From an uncultured Bacilli bacterium (lineage in GTDB: Bacteria; Bacillota_I; Bacilli_A; RF39; UBA660), in the NCBI GenBank assembly GCA_947626275.1, contig CANQRL010000004.1, positions 10,370 through 74,369 of the forward strand: 64,000 nucleotides of DNA, read 5' to 3'. This document shows, in pieces, positions 10,112 through 18,824 of this stretch; the first letter of the stretch is position 1, and every line of letters begins with the position of its first letter. The translations under genes were made by a program, and so were the position numbers. The notes beneath the pieces were generated by a model. The model did no database searches and was not told the origin of the DNA. It worked only from the letters and a program-made list of their open reading frames with translations.

Positions 10112-11000
10112 ACGACTCACCTACTTTAGCAATAAAGATTTCATTCAAAGATGGCTCTTCGACCATAAATTTTGTAATGTTTTTCTTCTTCTTCACAACC
10201 TCGAAGACTTTTTCCACAATTTCTTCAGATTCAATTTTTACTTCTAATTCATCGGCGTGTTCAACTACCTCTAACACACCTCCTATTTTTTCTAATTCAG
10301 AGCTTTCCACATCTCCTTTGATGAAGATATTTTTCTTTCGGTAATCTCTTTTAATATCTTTAATATATCCTGAGATAACCGATTTTCCGTTGACTAAGAT
10401 AACCAACTTCTTACAGAAGAGTTCTACATGATCCATACGATGAGAAGAGAAAATAATCATACTTCCTTCACTCGCTAAGCGTAGAATTTCTTCTTTAAAA
10501 AGTTCAATATTAAAAGGATCCAATCCAGAAAATGGTTCATCCAAAATAAGAAGTTTAGGATGATTTAATATAGCTGTAATGAATTGAACTTTCTGTTGAT
10601 TTCCCTTCGATAACTCTTTAATTTTTTTCTCTTTATATTCCGTAATTTCAAAACGTTCTAACAATTCATCTAATCGTTTTAAAATCTCCTTGTTGCTCAT
10701 TCCCTTTAAAGCCCCAAAGAAAATAGCCTGTTCTTTTACTGTCAGTTTTGTCAATAAACTTCGCTCTTCTGTTAAAAAGCCAATCTCATTGGTGACACTA
10801 TAGTCAATTGGTTTTCCATTTAAGGTAATCGAACCATCTTGATATTCGAGTAATCCCATAATCATCCGAAAGGTTGTTGTCTTTCCAGCCCCATTAACGC
10901 CAAGAAGGCCAAATATTTCGCCTTCTTTTACCTCAAAAGATAAATCATCAACTGCTTTAAAATCTCCATAATATTTCGTAATATGTTCTACTTTAAGCAT
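10101..11000 (-). CDS. ABC transporter ATP-binding protein (NatA/ABC-2 type with C-terminal DUF4162-like extension)
   Basis: Walker A GVNGAGKTTTFRM, signature LSKGNQQKV, Walker B LLILDEPFSGLD; AGGTGGTGA RBS. Confidence 0.85.
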   Translation of the reverse strand: MLKVEHITKYYGDFKAVDDLSFEVKEGEIFGLLGVNGAGKTTTFRMIMGLLEYQDGSITLNGKPIDYSVTNEIGFLTEERSLLTKLTVKEQAIFFGALKGMSNKEILKRLDELLERFEITEYKEKKIKELSKGNQQKVQFITAILNHPKLLILDEPFSGLDPFNIELFKEEILRLASEGSMIIFSSHRMDHVELFCKKLVILVNGKSVISGYIKDIKRDYRKKNIFIKGDVESSELEKIGGVLEVVEHADELEVKIESEEIVEKVFEVVKKKKNITKFMVEEPSLNEIFIAKVGESYEK

Positions 11001-11010
11001 AATTCACCAC

Positions 11011-12087
11011 CTAAAACAATCGTAAAATATCGTTATATGTAATATAGATCATCAAAAGCATTAATAAGATAAATCCAATATTGTGAATCGTATTTTCTAC
11101 TTTTTGATTAACAGGACTACCTTTTAACTTTTCGATAATTAAGAATAATGCATGGCATCCATCAAAAGCTGGGAAAGGAAGTAAGTTAATAAATCCTACA
11201 TTGACGCTAATCATCGCAAGAAGAGAAAGTAGACTCATAAATCCTTGCGAACTAGCGGTATCTACTACACTATAAATTCCTACTGGTCCAGATAACATCT
11301 TCACACTTAGTTTTCCTGTAAATAGATAAGTAACGGTAAAAAACATCTGCTCAATCATACTGAAAAATTTACCAAAAGCAAAACGGATAGCCGCTACAAA
11401 ATCATGACTATAATGATCTCCATCCAACCCAAAACCATACTCGTATCCAAGAAGATTTCCCTTCTCATCTTTCACTTCTGTTGGCTGAATCGTAACGGTT
11501 TCCTTTTTTCCGTCCGCATGTTTTACTTCCATCTTGAAAGAATCTTCTCCATGAACCGTTAACTCTAGGGCTAACCGATCATAATTTTTAATTTTTTTGC
11601 CATCGACAGAAAGGATTCTATCCCCTTCTTGTAAAGTTGGATATAATTCCTGATCGATATCTGCTAACTTAGTACTATTTAAACTGATATCATTACAAAT
11701 ACCAATAATGAAAAGAATAACAAGCGCTAATAAGAAGTTAAACATAACGCCTGCTACCATCGTCAAAAAGCGATTGATCCAAGGCTTTGATTGAAGACGC
11801 TTATCCTCTGGGATATTTTCATCTACTTCTACTTCTTCTCCTGCCATTTGGACAAATCCACCAATTGGTAAAAGGCGAATGCAGTAGTCTGTTTCATCCT
11901 CAACATAGTGAACTTTTCCTTTTTTATCTTTTACTTTCTTTCGCCGATTAAACTTAAAAAGTCTAGGACCCATTCCAAGAGAAAATTCATAGACATAGAC
12001 TCCTGATTTCTTCGCAAAGAGGAAATGTCCAAACTCATGAACCAATACGACAATTCCTAAAATTAAGATAAAATAAATTAATGTCAT
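11011..12087 (-). CDS. rseP: RIP zinc metalloprotease RseP/RasP (site-2 protease)
   Basis: HEFGHFLFAK HExxH in first TM, internal PDZ-like region, C-terminal LDGG-like motif (PFPAFDGCHA); AGGAGG RBS; uppS-cdsA-rseP synteny. Confidence 0.85.
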   Translation of the reverse strand: MTLIYFILILGIVVLVHEFGHFLFAKKSGVYVYEFSLGMGPRLFKFNRRKKVKDKKGKVHYVEDETDYCIRLLPIGGFVQMAGEEVEVDENIPEDKRLQSKPWINRFLTMVAGVMFNFLLALVILFIIGICNDISLNSTKLADIDQELYPTLQEGDRILSVDGKKIKNYDRLALELTVHGEDSFKMEVKHADGKKETVTIQPTEVKDEKGNLLGYEYGFGLDGDHYSHDFVAAIRFAFGKFFSMIEQMFFTVTYLFTGKLSVKMLSGPVGIYSVVDTASSQGFMSLLSLLAMISVNVGFINLLPFPAFDGCHALFLIIEKLKGSPVNQKVENTIHNIGFILLMLLMIYITYNDILRLF

Positions 12088-12096
12088 TGTTGCCTC

Positions 12097-12897
12097 CTAC
12101 AATAAAGTAATAAATAAACTAAACGCTAACATTACAAAAATGAAGCTATCTAATCGATCCAAAATTCCCCCATGACCTGGCATAATATTAGAGAAATCTT
12201 TTTGCTCATAATACCGTTTAATAGCAGAGAAGAAAAGATCTCCTAATTGACCAATAATCGTTAAAAATAAGGTAATAATGATAAGATTTCCAAGAACAAC
12301 ATCTGGGTTGATAACGGTTTTATAAAACATTACACTGACAAATGTTCCTACTAAACTTCCACCAATAAATCCTTCCCACGTCTTTTTAGGAGAAACCACT
12401 TCCAATAACTTATTTTTACCAATTAGTTTTCCCGTAAAAAGAGCATAGGTATCCGTAATAGAAGTAATTAAGAAAAGATATACTAATAGCCACTTATTAA
12501 GACTGTAATATATTTCTAAATAAGACATTGAAAAGCCAATGAAAAGAACTCCTGCCGTTACATAACAGGCATCATTGATACTATAGATTTTTCGCTCATG
12601 AAACAATACCATCGGTAGTAATAACACTAAAAATAAACCACTCAATATTCGAAAATCAATGGTCATTAAATAATGATCATCTACCGAAATAGAAAGCATA
12701 ATAAGAGGAATCAACAAATAAGCTAAAAGCTTAATTAAAATAGGCAATTCCTTTTTTGTCTCTTTAATTCCCATATATTCTTTTAGGGCAAGCATCGATA
12801 CGACAAGGACACCTAAAGAATAAGGAATTCCTCCTATTAAGAAAAGTGGTATAACAATAGCTAGCGCAACAGCAGCACTAATGATTCGTATTTTCAT
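12097..12897 (-). CDS. cdsA: phosphatidate cytidylyltransferase
   Basis: multi-TM protein with CdsA signature GHGGILDRLDSFIF; follows uppS with 20-nt overlap. Confidence 0.85.
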   Translation of the reverse strand: MKIRIISAAVALAIVIPLFLIGGIPYSLGVLVVSMLALKEYMGIKETKKELPILIKLLAYLLIPLIMLSISVDDHYLMTIDFRILSGLFLVLLLPMVLFHERKIYSINDACYVTAGVLFIGFSMSYLEIYYSLNKWLLVYLFLITSITDTYALFTGKLIGKNKLLEVVSPKKTWEGFIGGSLVGTFVSVMFYKTVINPDVVLGNLIIITLFLTIIGQLGDLFFSAIKRYYEQKDFSNIMPGHGGILDRLDSFIFVMLAFSLFITLL

Positions 12898-13612
12898 CCT
12901 TTATTCCTCCAAACCTACGATCCCTTTTATTATAAGCAAGGATGGCTTCGTCAAAACAATCTTCATCAAATGCTGGAAAATAAATTTTTGGAAAATACAT
13001 TTCGGCATAACTTAATTGATATAACATAAAATTACTAATTCGGATTTCCCCACTCGTTCGAATTAAAAAATCAATGGGTGGTAAATCCTGAAATAGATAG
13101 TGGTAAAAATTCTCTTCAGTGATATCATCTAGTGAAAGTTTTCCATCCCGTACCAAAGCACTAATTTTCTTAGTCGCTTCCACAATTTCCAAGTGGCCTC
13201 CATAATTAATACAAATGTTTAAAATGCCATCCGTTCGATCTTTGGTATCCTCTTCAATTTCGTTCATAATTCGAATCACGCCATTTGGAAGAGGTGCTTC
13301 CTTCTTTCCCGAAAAGACAATCTTCACATTTTTTTCTTTCAATCGGTTAGAATATTCTTTAAATTTATTTTCAAAGAGATTCATCAAAAAATCTACTTCT
13401 TGCTTACTTCTTTTAAAATTTTCCGTGGAAAAAGCGTAGATACTTAAAACTTTTACCCCTTTAGAATAAATATATTCACTCAACTTTTTTAAATTTTCAA
13501 ATCCCGCTTCATGGCCCTTGCTTCGAGACATTCCTCGCTCTTTAGCCCAGCGGCCATTTCCATCCATAATGATGCCTACATGGTTAGGGATTTTTAAATC
13601 TTTGTAATCCAT
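12878..13612 (-). CDS. uppS: undecaprenyl diphosphate synthase
   Basis: HVGIIMDGNGRWAKERG cis-prenyltransferase signature; GGAGGAATT RBS. Confidence 0.9.
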   Translation of the reverse strand: MDYKDLKIPNHVGIIMDGNGRWAKERGMSRSKGHEAGFENLKKLSEYIYSKGVKVLSIYAFSTENFKRSKQEVDFLMNLFENKFKEYSNRLKEKNVKIVFSGKKEAPLPNGVIRIMNEIEEDTKDRTDGILNICINYGGHLEIVEATKKISALVRDGKLSLDDITEENFYHYLFQDLPPIDFLIRTSGEIRISNFMLYQLSYAEMYFPKIYFPAFDEDCFDEAILAYNKRDRRFGGIKDENTNH

Positions 13613-13682
13613 AATTCCTCCGTTACTACATTTTATTCCATCAACATTATAACATAATTCCTATTTCTCGAAAAGGTAGAAA

Positions 13683-13707
13683 TAAAAAAAGTAGTTCTTG
13701 TACTACT
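13683..13707 (-). terminator. rho-independent terminator of rpsP-KH operon (overlaps KH stop codon)
   Basis: agtagt-tcttgt-actact hairpin followed on minus strand by U8 (plus-strand A-run 13683-13690). Confidence 0.55.
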
Positions 13708-13945
13708 TTTTCGCATCAATATTGATTCTTACTCTTCCTTGATTATTCGTATAGGCAGCAGCTTGAACAAGGGTCCTAATCGCATTAGCGGTCTTCCCAC
13801 CTTTTCCAATGACTGCTCCTAAATCATTTTCGGCAACAGTTACTTCAATGATAGATTCATCCTCTTCATTTTTCTTTACTGCTACACTCGTAGAATCCGT
13901 CACAATATTTTTTACTAAATACTCCGTTAATTCTACTAAATTCAT
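13703..13945 (-). CDS. KH-domain RNA-binding protein (YlqC/UPF0109 family)
   Basis: 80 aa; GAVIGKGGKTANAIRTLV KH GxxG loop; start overlaps rpsP stop (TAATG); conserved rpsP-ylqC arrangement. Confidence 0.75.
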   Translation of the reverse strand: MNLVELTEYLVKNIVTDSTSVAVKKNEEDESIIEVTVAENDLGAVIGKGGKTANAIRTLVQAAAYTNNQGRVRINIDAKK

Positions 13946-14229
13946 TATTTCTCTTCTTTCTTTGTCATTTTAGATTCATGGAATTTTTTCATAATTCCTT
14001 CTCTACTGAATAAGTCTCTTACGGTATCAGAAGGAATTGCTCCATTTTGTAACCAAGCTAAAGCTTTTTCTTCATCAATTTTTACTACAGCTGGAGTTTC
14101 AATTGGGTTATAGTATCCAATCTCTTCAATAAATCTTCCATCTCTTGGAAATCTTGAATCAGCTGCAACAATACGATAAAATGGTCTTTTTTTAGCTCCC
14201 ATTCTTCTTAATCTTAATTTAACTGCCAT
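13945..14229 (-). CDS. rpsP: 30S ribosomal protein S16
   Basis: [42 protein letters not shown]; start at ATG 14227-14229 with GGAGGAG RBS (ORF-track N-extension rejected). Confidence 0.9.
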   Translation of the reverse strand: MAVKLRLRRMGAKKRPFYRIVAADSRFPRDGRFIEEIGYYNPIETPAVVKIDEEKALAWLQNGAIPSDTVRDLFSREGIMKKFHESKMTKKEEK

Positions 14230-14260
14230 AATTTCTCCTCCATTCCTATAAGATAATACC

Positions 14261-14301
14261 ATAAAAGAAAAAGCATGTCAACTATTTTTGGTTGACATGC
14301 T
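14261..14301 (-). terminator. rho-independent terminator downstream of cotE
   Basis: agcatgtcaac-tatttttg-gttgacatgct 11-bp stem hairpin; U-rich tract on minus strand (rc of ataaaagaaaa). Confidence 0.65.
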
Positions 14302-14830
14302 ATAAGTATTCTTCCTTTACTTCTTCATCAATCGTTTGTAAATCTTCTTCTTTTACCTCATCCTCAATAATGTCCCAAGGATCTTCATCCTCTTCAATGG
14401 CGATTTTCATCTTTGTCTCTCCCACAATCTCTACCCCTAACTCTTTTTCAATCGTAAAATGGATTTTATTTCCTTCAATTCGAACATCAGAACAATTTGG
14501 TTGATATAAAGGTCTAACAATGATATCCGTCTCATCGGATAAATCCGCTTGATTTCTCAATCGAACATTAAACGTATCGTTATACTCGATTTTTTTATTC
14601 ACTACCATCGTCTTACTATCGTTCTCATAAGAATACCAAATGTTCACATCGTAACTTCCTGATACCCCTACTTGCTCTCCCGATTTATATCCTTTGAATT
14701 TATGATTAATGACCCAACAACCAAGTACTGTTGATGGCTCAACCTCTACCTCTATATCATAATTGTTTTTAAAACTTTTCTTTCCTTTTCCAATAATTGC
14801 TTTTGTGACAATTTCCTTATAGGCTGCCAT
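14300..14830 (-). CDS. cotE: outer spore coat morphogenetic protein CotE
   Basis: Near-collinear match to B. subtilis CotE as I remember it: YKEIVTKAIIGKGKK, LGCWVINHKF, YDVNIWYSYENDSKTMVV, QPNCSDV, IVGETKM, acidic C-tail; start ATG 14828-14830 with GAGGAG RBS. Confidence 0.85.
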   Translation of the reverse strand: MAAYKEIVTKAIIGKGKKSFKNNYDIEVEVEPSTVLGCWVINHKFKGYKSGEQVGVSGSYDVNIWYSYENDSKTMVVNKKIEYNDTFNVRLRNQADLSDETDIIVRPLYQPNCSDVRIEGNKIHFTIEKELGVEIVGETKMKIAIEEDEDPWDIIEDEVKEEDLQTIDEEVKEEYL

Positions 14831-14848
14831 ATCATCACTCCTCACTTT

Positions 14849-14885
14849 AATGTATGCGAAAATGATAAAAATGTACCAAAAAGAA
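14849..14885 (-). promoter_or_regulatory. candidate sigma-E-type sporulation promoter of cotE
   Basis: minus-strand CATACATT (sigma-E -10 consensus CATACAmT) about 20 nt upstream of cotE ATG, with ACATTTT about 14 nt further upstream; weak -35. Confidence 0.25.
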
Positions 14886-14906
14886 GAAAGTTATAGCTTT
14901 CTTCTT
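14876..14906 (-). terminator. rho-independent terminator of large surface-protein gene
   Basis: aagaagaaag-ttatag-ctttcttctt 10-bp stem; U-run on minus strand. Confidence 0.6.
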
Positions 14907-14965
14907 CCTATTCTATAAAGAAAAGTCAACACTCCAAAGATTTTAATTAGATTACGAGAAATCTT

Positions 14966-17944
14966 TTAATATCTTTTTCGTTTTCCCCAAATCACTTGAA
15001 GAATAATCAATAAAACACTAGTAACAATAACTCCTATAACAGCAATTCGATTTTCTGTTTCTATATAACCATCAGAATTCTCATTCGTATTAACACTATT
15101 CGTATTCGTATTACTATTCGTATTGGTGTTACTATTCGTGTTAGTATTACTGTTCGTATTGGTGTTACTATTTGTATTGGTATTACTGTTCGTATTGCTA
15201 TTGCTATTTGTGTTGGTGTTACTATTCGTGTTGGTATTGCTATTCGTATTAGTGTTACTATTTGTATTGGTATTGCTATTCGTATTAGTGTTACTATTTG
15301 TATTGGTATTGCTATTCGTATTAGTGTTACTATCTATAGCGTTCAATTTTTCTAATACTTCTTTGTATTGGCTTTGATCTTCTTTCTTTATTTTTTGAAT
15401 AGAAGCTCTGATTGCCATTTTTTTCTTTGGTGAAGAAAGTAGATTAGAGAAATTAGAATCATCTTTCATATAAGAAGTAACATAATCATCTAATCTAGAC
15501 TTATAAGCTTTATAATCCTTATCCTCTACTTTCATCCAATCTTCTGGTACTAGACCATATTCTGTAACAAGATAAGTTCTTTCCTTATTAGAAATAAGAT
15601 AGTTCTTTACTTCTTGTCCAGTCAAAGTACTATAAAAGCGAACATCTAAATTGTTTCCGGCATAATAGATTTTTAACTTATATCCTATTTTTACAGGAAC
15701 GGTTTCTATTTCTGAATCTTTTGTCGTCCAAAGAGAATCATATTCTCCATTAATACTCTTAGAATATTGTTCCTTGTTATTTTCATCTAATACTGTAAGT
15801 TTTGAGAATACTTTATCAGATGCAACATTTCCACTATTTGGAGTCTTATTCCAGTAGTGGAACTCTAACGTATTTCCAGTTACAGCAATTTCAAAAACAG
15901 TATCTTTTTGATAACCTTGAGCAACTACTTTAATATCATTTCCATAAGAGATCTCTTTAATTTCTTTATAATAGAGATTTACGACATTTTGATCACTGGT
16001 TACCTCAAAATATTCATGATGGTAATCCAATAAACTATTTGGTTGCGGTAAAGCGACCTTATAACTTCCAACTGGAAGAGTAACCGATACTTCTTCTTTC
16101 GTAATCGTTACCGTTTTTACTTTTTTAGAACCGTCATAAATCACTAAATCTTTGCCTATTACATCTTTGATATTTGGAATATGAATTTTAAAAATGACGG
16201 TACCCTTTAAATTGGTACTTTGAATTTCTTGATTATTGACTAAGGTATAAGCACCAACTTTGTTTAGGTTGCTTTTTGTCTCTTCTAAAACCTTCTTGTC
16301 GTTTATGAAATCTTTCATATAGTAAAGATTTGTTGCATCACTTTCCATCAATGTATCTGCTACTTCTTGTGAGACAGAAATATTCCATGATTGAAAGTAT
16401 GGAATAACATTGATGTTATATTTTTCTTTTAAAGCTAAAACCCAAGTATCTTGCGTACTTAATTTTTTTCCCGTTTTAGCATAGTAATCCCGATAATATT
16501 GATTGATAAAGGCATACGTCTCTTGATAATTGTCAAAATAATTTAAAAGATTAACGAAAGCATAGACCATCGTCGCATTTTCTTCTGTGGTTATTTTATT
16601 GGTTGTAAATAATTTTTGGGTTACTCTTTTTTGATTGTAAGTTTCTTCTTTTGCTTCTAAATCTAACCATGATTTTTCACCAGAGAAAGATTTCTTGATA
16701 TCCTGAATATAGTATGCCAAAACATTAGGAATGACTTCCGTAATTGGTAATCCACCTTCATTGGAACCGACAAATCCTTGATATCCATGTGCGATAGCAT
16801 GGATATTGTTCCATGAAAGTTGGAAAATAGAAGCAGCTGAGGAACCACTAATACCGATGTGATCACTACCATCATAATAGTTTTCACTAGCATGACTATC
16901 TGCTTTTACAAAATATTTGGTTTTGATAGCTTGATGGTAGGATTCCTTTGGAGTGTAAGAAAGACCGATTAAAGCATCGTATTCTTCCATTACAGCATCC
17001 CACCATGAGAAGAATTCATCTAACGTTTTATAAGTTTTTTCTTGAGTGAATATCTTTCCGTAATCTTGATATGGTAGTAAAACCATCATTGATAAGCTAT
17101 CGACTACTGCATAGGATTCTTTATCCTCTTCCCATTCTTTCAAAAACTTTTCTTGATATTCTTTGCCATCTCCTTGATGATAATAATGAAGAGATTTGAT
17201 ACGGGTATCTGCTCCATCATATTTTATTTCATAGGTGACTGGATCGTCTTGTTCAAATAAAGTCTTGATAGCGGGAACACTTAAATAAGTGGATGCTAAA
17301 TCCCCTACTTTGTATTCGTTTTTAATAGAAATCCAATAGTCTTTAACAAGTTGACTAGATTCTTTTTCTTGATCACTATTTTGAAACATGACTTCTAATC
17401 CATCACAAGGAGAAGTATTTTTCATCATGATGGTACCACCCGCTTCTAAGAATAGTCCCATAACTTGTCTATCCATATTGTTTCCACGAGTATATCCTAA
17501 ATTGTTAAGATGGGAAACGGAAGGAAGAGAATACATCGTTTTTTCCATCCAAACTTCGGTTGTACCACTTACTATCTCAACAGGTACTTTCAAAGTAATC
17601 GAGTTGTTATCGCTATCAGTAACTTGATAGCTTATCTCATAAATACCTGTTTTTTGAATATCGATATTGTCACTTGCCTTAATTTTATTTGTTAAATCGC
17701 CATCTTCATTATCACGCGCAAAAAGACGAAATTTCGCATCTTCCCGGTAATTGATCTTGGTTCCTAAAGGAACACGAATCGAAGTAGTTCCGTAAAAAGT
17801 TGGTGCATTTTCACGGCTCCAATAAGCGGGAAGATTTTCCGTCTTTTCTTCTTTTTTGGTAGAATGGCTGTGAATTAAAAAAAGAAGCTCAAAAAAGAAA
17901 ACGAAAATTAAAACAAAAATGGCAATCTTTTTGATTCGCTTCAT
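14966..17944 (-). CDS. large cell-surface protein: signal peptide, Ig-like/beta-rich domains, zincin-like region with degenerate HxxxH, (NTNTNS)n linker, C-terminal TM anchor
   Basis: 992 aa; MKRIKKIAIFVLIFVFFFELLFLIHS signal/anchor; SWNNIHAIAHGYQGF...NEGG...TEV zincin-like spacing but Glu replaced by Ala; about 85 residues of N/T/S hexapeptide repeat then IAVIGVIVTSVLLIILQVIWGKRKRY. Confidence 0.5.
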   Translation of the reverse strand: MKRIKKIAIFVLIFVFFFELLFLIHSHSTKKEEKTENLPAYWSRENAPTFYGTTSIRVPLGTKINYREDAKFRLFARDNEDGDLTNKIKASDNIDIQKTGIYEISYQVTDSDNNSITLKVPVEIVSGTTEVWMEKTMYSLPSVSHLNNLGYTRGNNMDRQVMGLFLEAGGTIMMKNTSPCDGLEVMFQNSDQEKESSQLVKDYWISIKNEYKVGDLASTYLSVPAIKTLFEQDDPVTYEIKYDGADTRIKSLHYYHQGDGKEYQEKFLKEWEEDKESYAVVDSLSMMVLLPYQDYGKIFTQEKTYKTLDEFFSWWDAVMEEYDALIGLSYTPKESYHQAIKTKYFVKADSHASENYYDGSDHIGISGSSAASIFQLSWNNIHAIAHGYQGFVGSNEGGLPITEVIPNVLAYYIQDIKKSFSGEKSWLDLEAKEETYNQKRVTQKLFTTNKITTEENATMVYAFVNLLNYFDNYQETYAFINQYYRDYYAKTGKKLSTQDTWVLALKEKYNINVIPYFQSWNISVSQEVADTLMESDATNLYYMKDFINDKKVLEETKSNLNKVGAYTLVNNQEIQSTNLKGTVIFKIHIPNIKDVIGKDLVIYDGSKKVKTVTITKEEVSVTLPVGSYKVALPQPNSLLDYHHEYFEVTSDQNVVNLYYKEIKEISYGNDIKVVAQGYQKDTVFEIAVTGNTLEFHYWNKTPNSGNVASDKVFSKLTVLDENNKEQYSKSINGEYDSLWTTKDSEIETVPVKIGYKLKIYYAGNNLDVRFYSTLTGQEVKNYLISNKERTYLVTEYGLVPEDWMKVEDKDYKAYKSRLDDYVTSYMKDDSNFSNLLSSPKKKMAIRASIQKIKKEDQSQYKEVLEKLNAIDSNTNTNSNTNTNSNTNTNSNTNTNSNTNTNSNTNTNSNTNTNSNSNTNSNTNTNSNTNTNSNTNTNSNTNTNSNTNTNSVNTNENSDGYIETENRIAVIGVIVTSVLLIILQVIWGKRKRY
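15075..15338. repeat. imperfect 18-bp tandem coding repeat (about 14 units; ATTCGTATTAGTGTTACT-like) encoding (NTNTNS)n
   Basis: directly visible periodicity with wobble-position variation (cgt/tgt, att/gtt/gct); generates spurious poly-LFVLV ORF on opposite strand. Confidence 0.8.
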
Positions 17945-17964
17945 AATACCCCTTCTTTCCCCCT

Positions 17965-18008
17965 AATTGGTCCTTATTATATAACAAAATGAAAAAAAGT
18001 CAATTTTT
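17965..18008 (-). promoter_or_regulatory. candidate sigma-A promoter for surface-protein gene
   Basis: minus strand TTGACT-N16-TATAAT about 25 nt upstream of AAGGGG RBS. Confidence 0.4.
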
Positions 18009-18013
18009 GACTA

Positions 18014-18043
18014 TCAAAAAAAACAAGAGGAAAAATTCCTCTT
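18014..18043 (-). terminator. rho-independent terminator of lipoprotein gene (overlaps stop)
   Basis: aagaggaa-aaa-ttcctctt hairpin plus U8 on minus strand. Confidence 0.6.
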
Positions 18044-18761
18044 ATTCCTCTTCCGTTAGAGTTGCATTTTTTTTGACTTCTGCTGGAATCGTGATTTCAT
18101 CAATTTGATTGTGATTAGAAATATTAAAGGTCATTTTATAAACCGTAATACCTTCCTCTTGAATATCTGGTGTTAATCCCAATAAATCCAATTCCATCGT
18201 CGTAATATAGTTATCCTTTATATAAATGGCTAACGTAAGATCTTCTTCTAACTGAAAGGTTCCCTCATCACCGGCTTCAATGGCATCGTTTAAAACGGAT
18301 TTATCAATGGTTAATTCATACTTATTTTCCCCTTTACGGTCAGATTTTACTTTCTTAATCGTCTTATAATTTTCCGTTAGCTGGTTGACAGAATCCATTC
18401 CATTAGAAGAAGTTCCACCATCTTCTGTCGTATATGTCCAGGTTTGTCCACCATCTTCTGTCGTATACGTATAAAGGGTATCTCTCACTTTTTCCGTATA
18501 AGATTCAGATTCTATCAAATTTCCATAAATATTCATTTTCGCCGTTGAATGAGCAATCGTTCCATCTTTAACAATATCTGTTTTGGTCGTTGTCGTAATA
18601 GAATATTCGGCAGTTCCTACTTCCGTGATAATTTCAATGGTGGAACTTTTTAGGTTCTGCATATTTTCAAGAGCCTTCTCTACTTCATCCGTACTCTTTC
18701 CACATCCTGTCATGAAAAGACCAACAAAGAGAAGGGCTCCTAGATATTTTATTTTTTTCAT
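18042..18761 (-). CDS. lipoprotein of unknown function
   Basis: start ATG 18759-18761 with GGAGG RBS; MKKIKYLGALLFVGLFMTGC lipobox; internal TYTTEDGG-QTW-TYTTEDGG duplication. Confidence 0.6.
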   Translation of the reverse strand: MKKIKYLGALLFVGLFMTGCGKSTDEVEKALENMQNLKSSTIEIITEVGTAEYSITTTTKTDIVKDGTIAHSTAKMNIYGNLIESESYTEKVRDTLYTYTTEDGGQTWTYTTEDGGTSSNGMDSVNQLTENYKTIKKVKSDRKGENKYELTIDKSVLNDAIEAGDEGTFQLEEDLTLAIYIKDNYITTMELDLLGLTPDIQEEGITVYKMTFNISNHNQIDEITIPAEVKKNATLTEEE

Positions 18762-18824
18762 AACTACCTCCAGTATCATTATATCATACTTTCTCCTAGA
18801 ATTCTTTTTCTTTTGAAAAGTCAC

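Noticed and set aside
15123-15377. 84-aa plus-strand ORF of LFVLVLL repeats
   Set aside because: It is the antisense reading of the (NTNTNS)n coding repeat of the minus-strand surface-protein gene. It has no RBS and its composition is an artefact.
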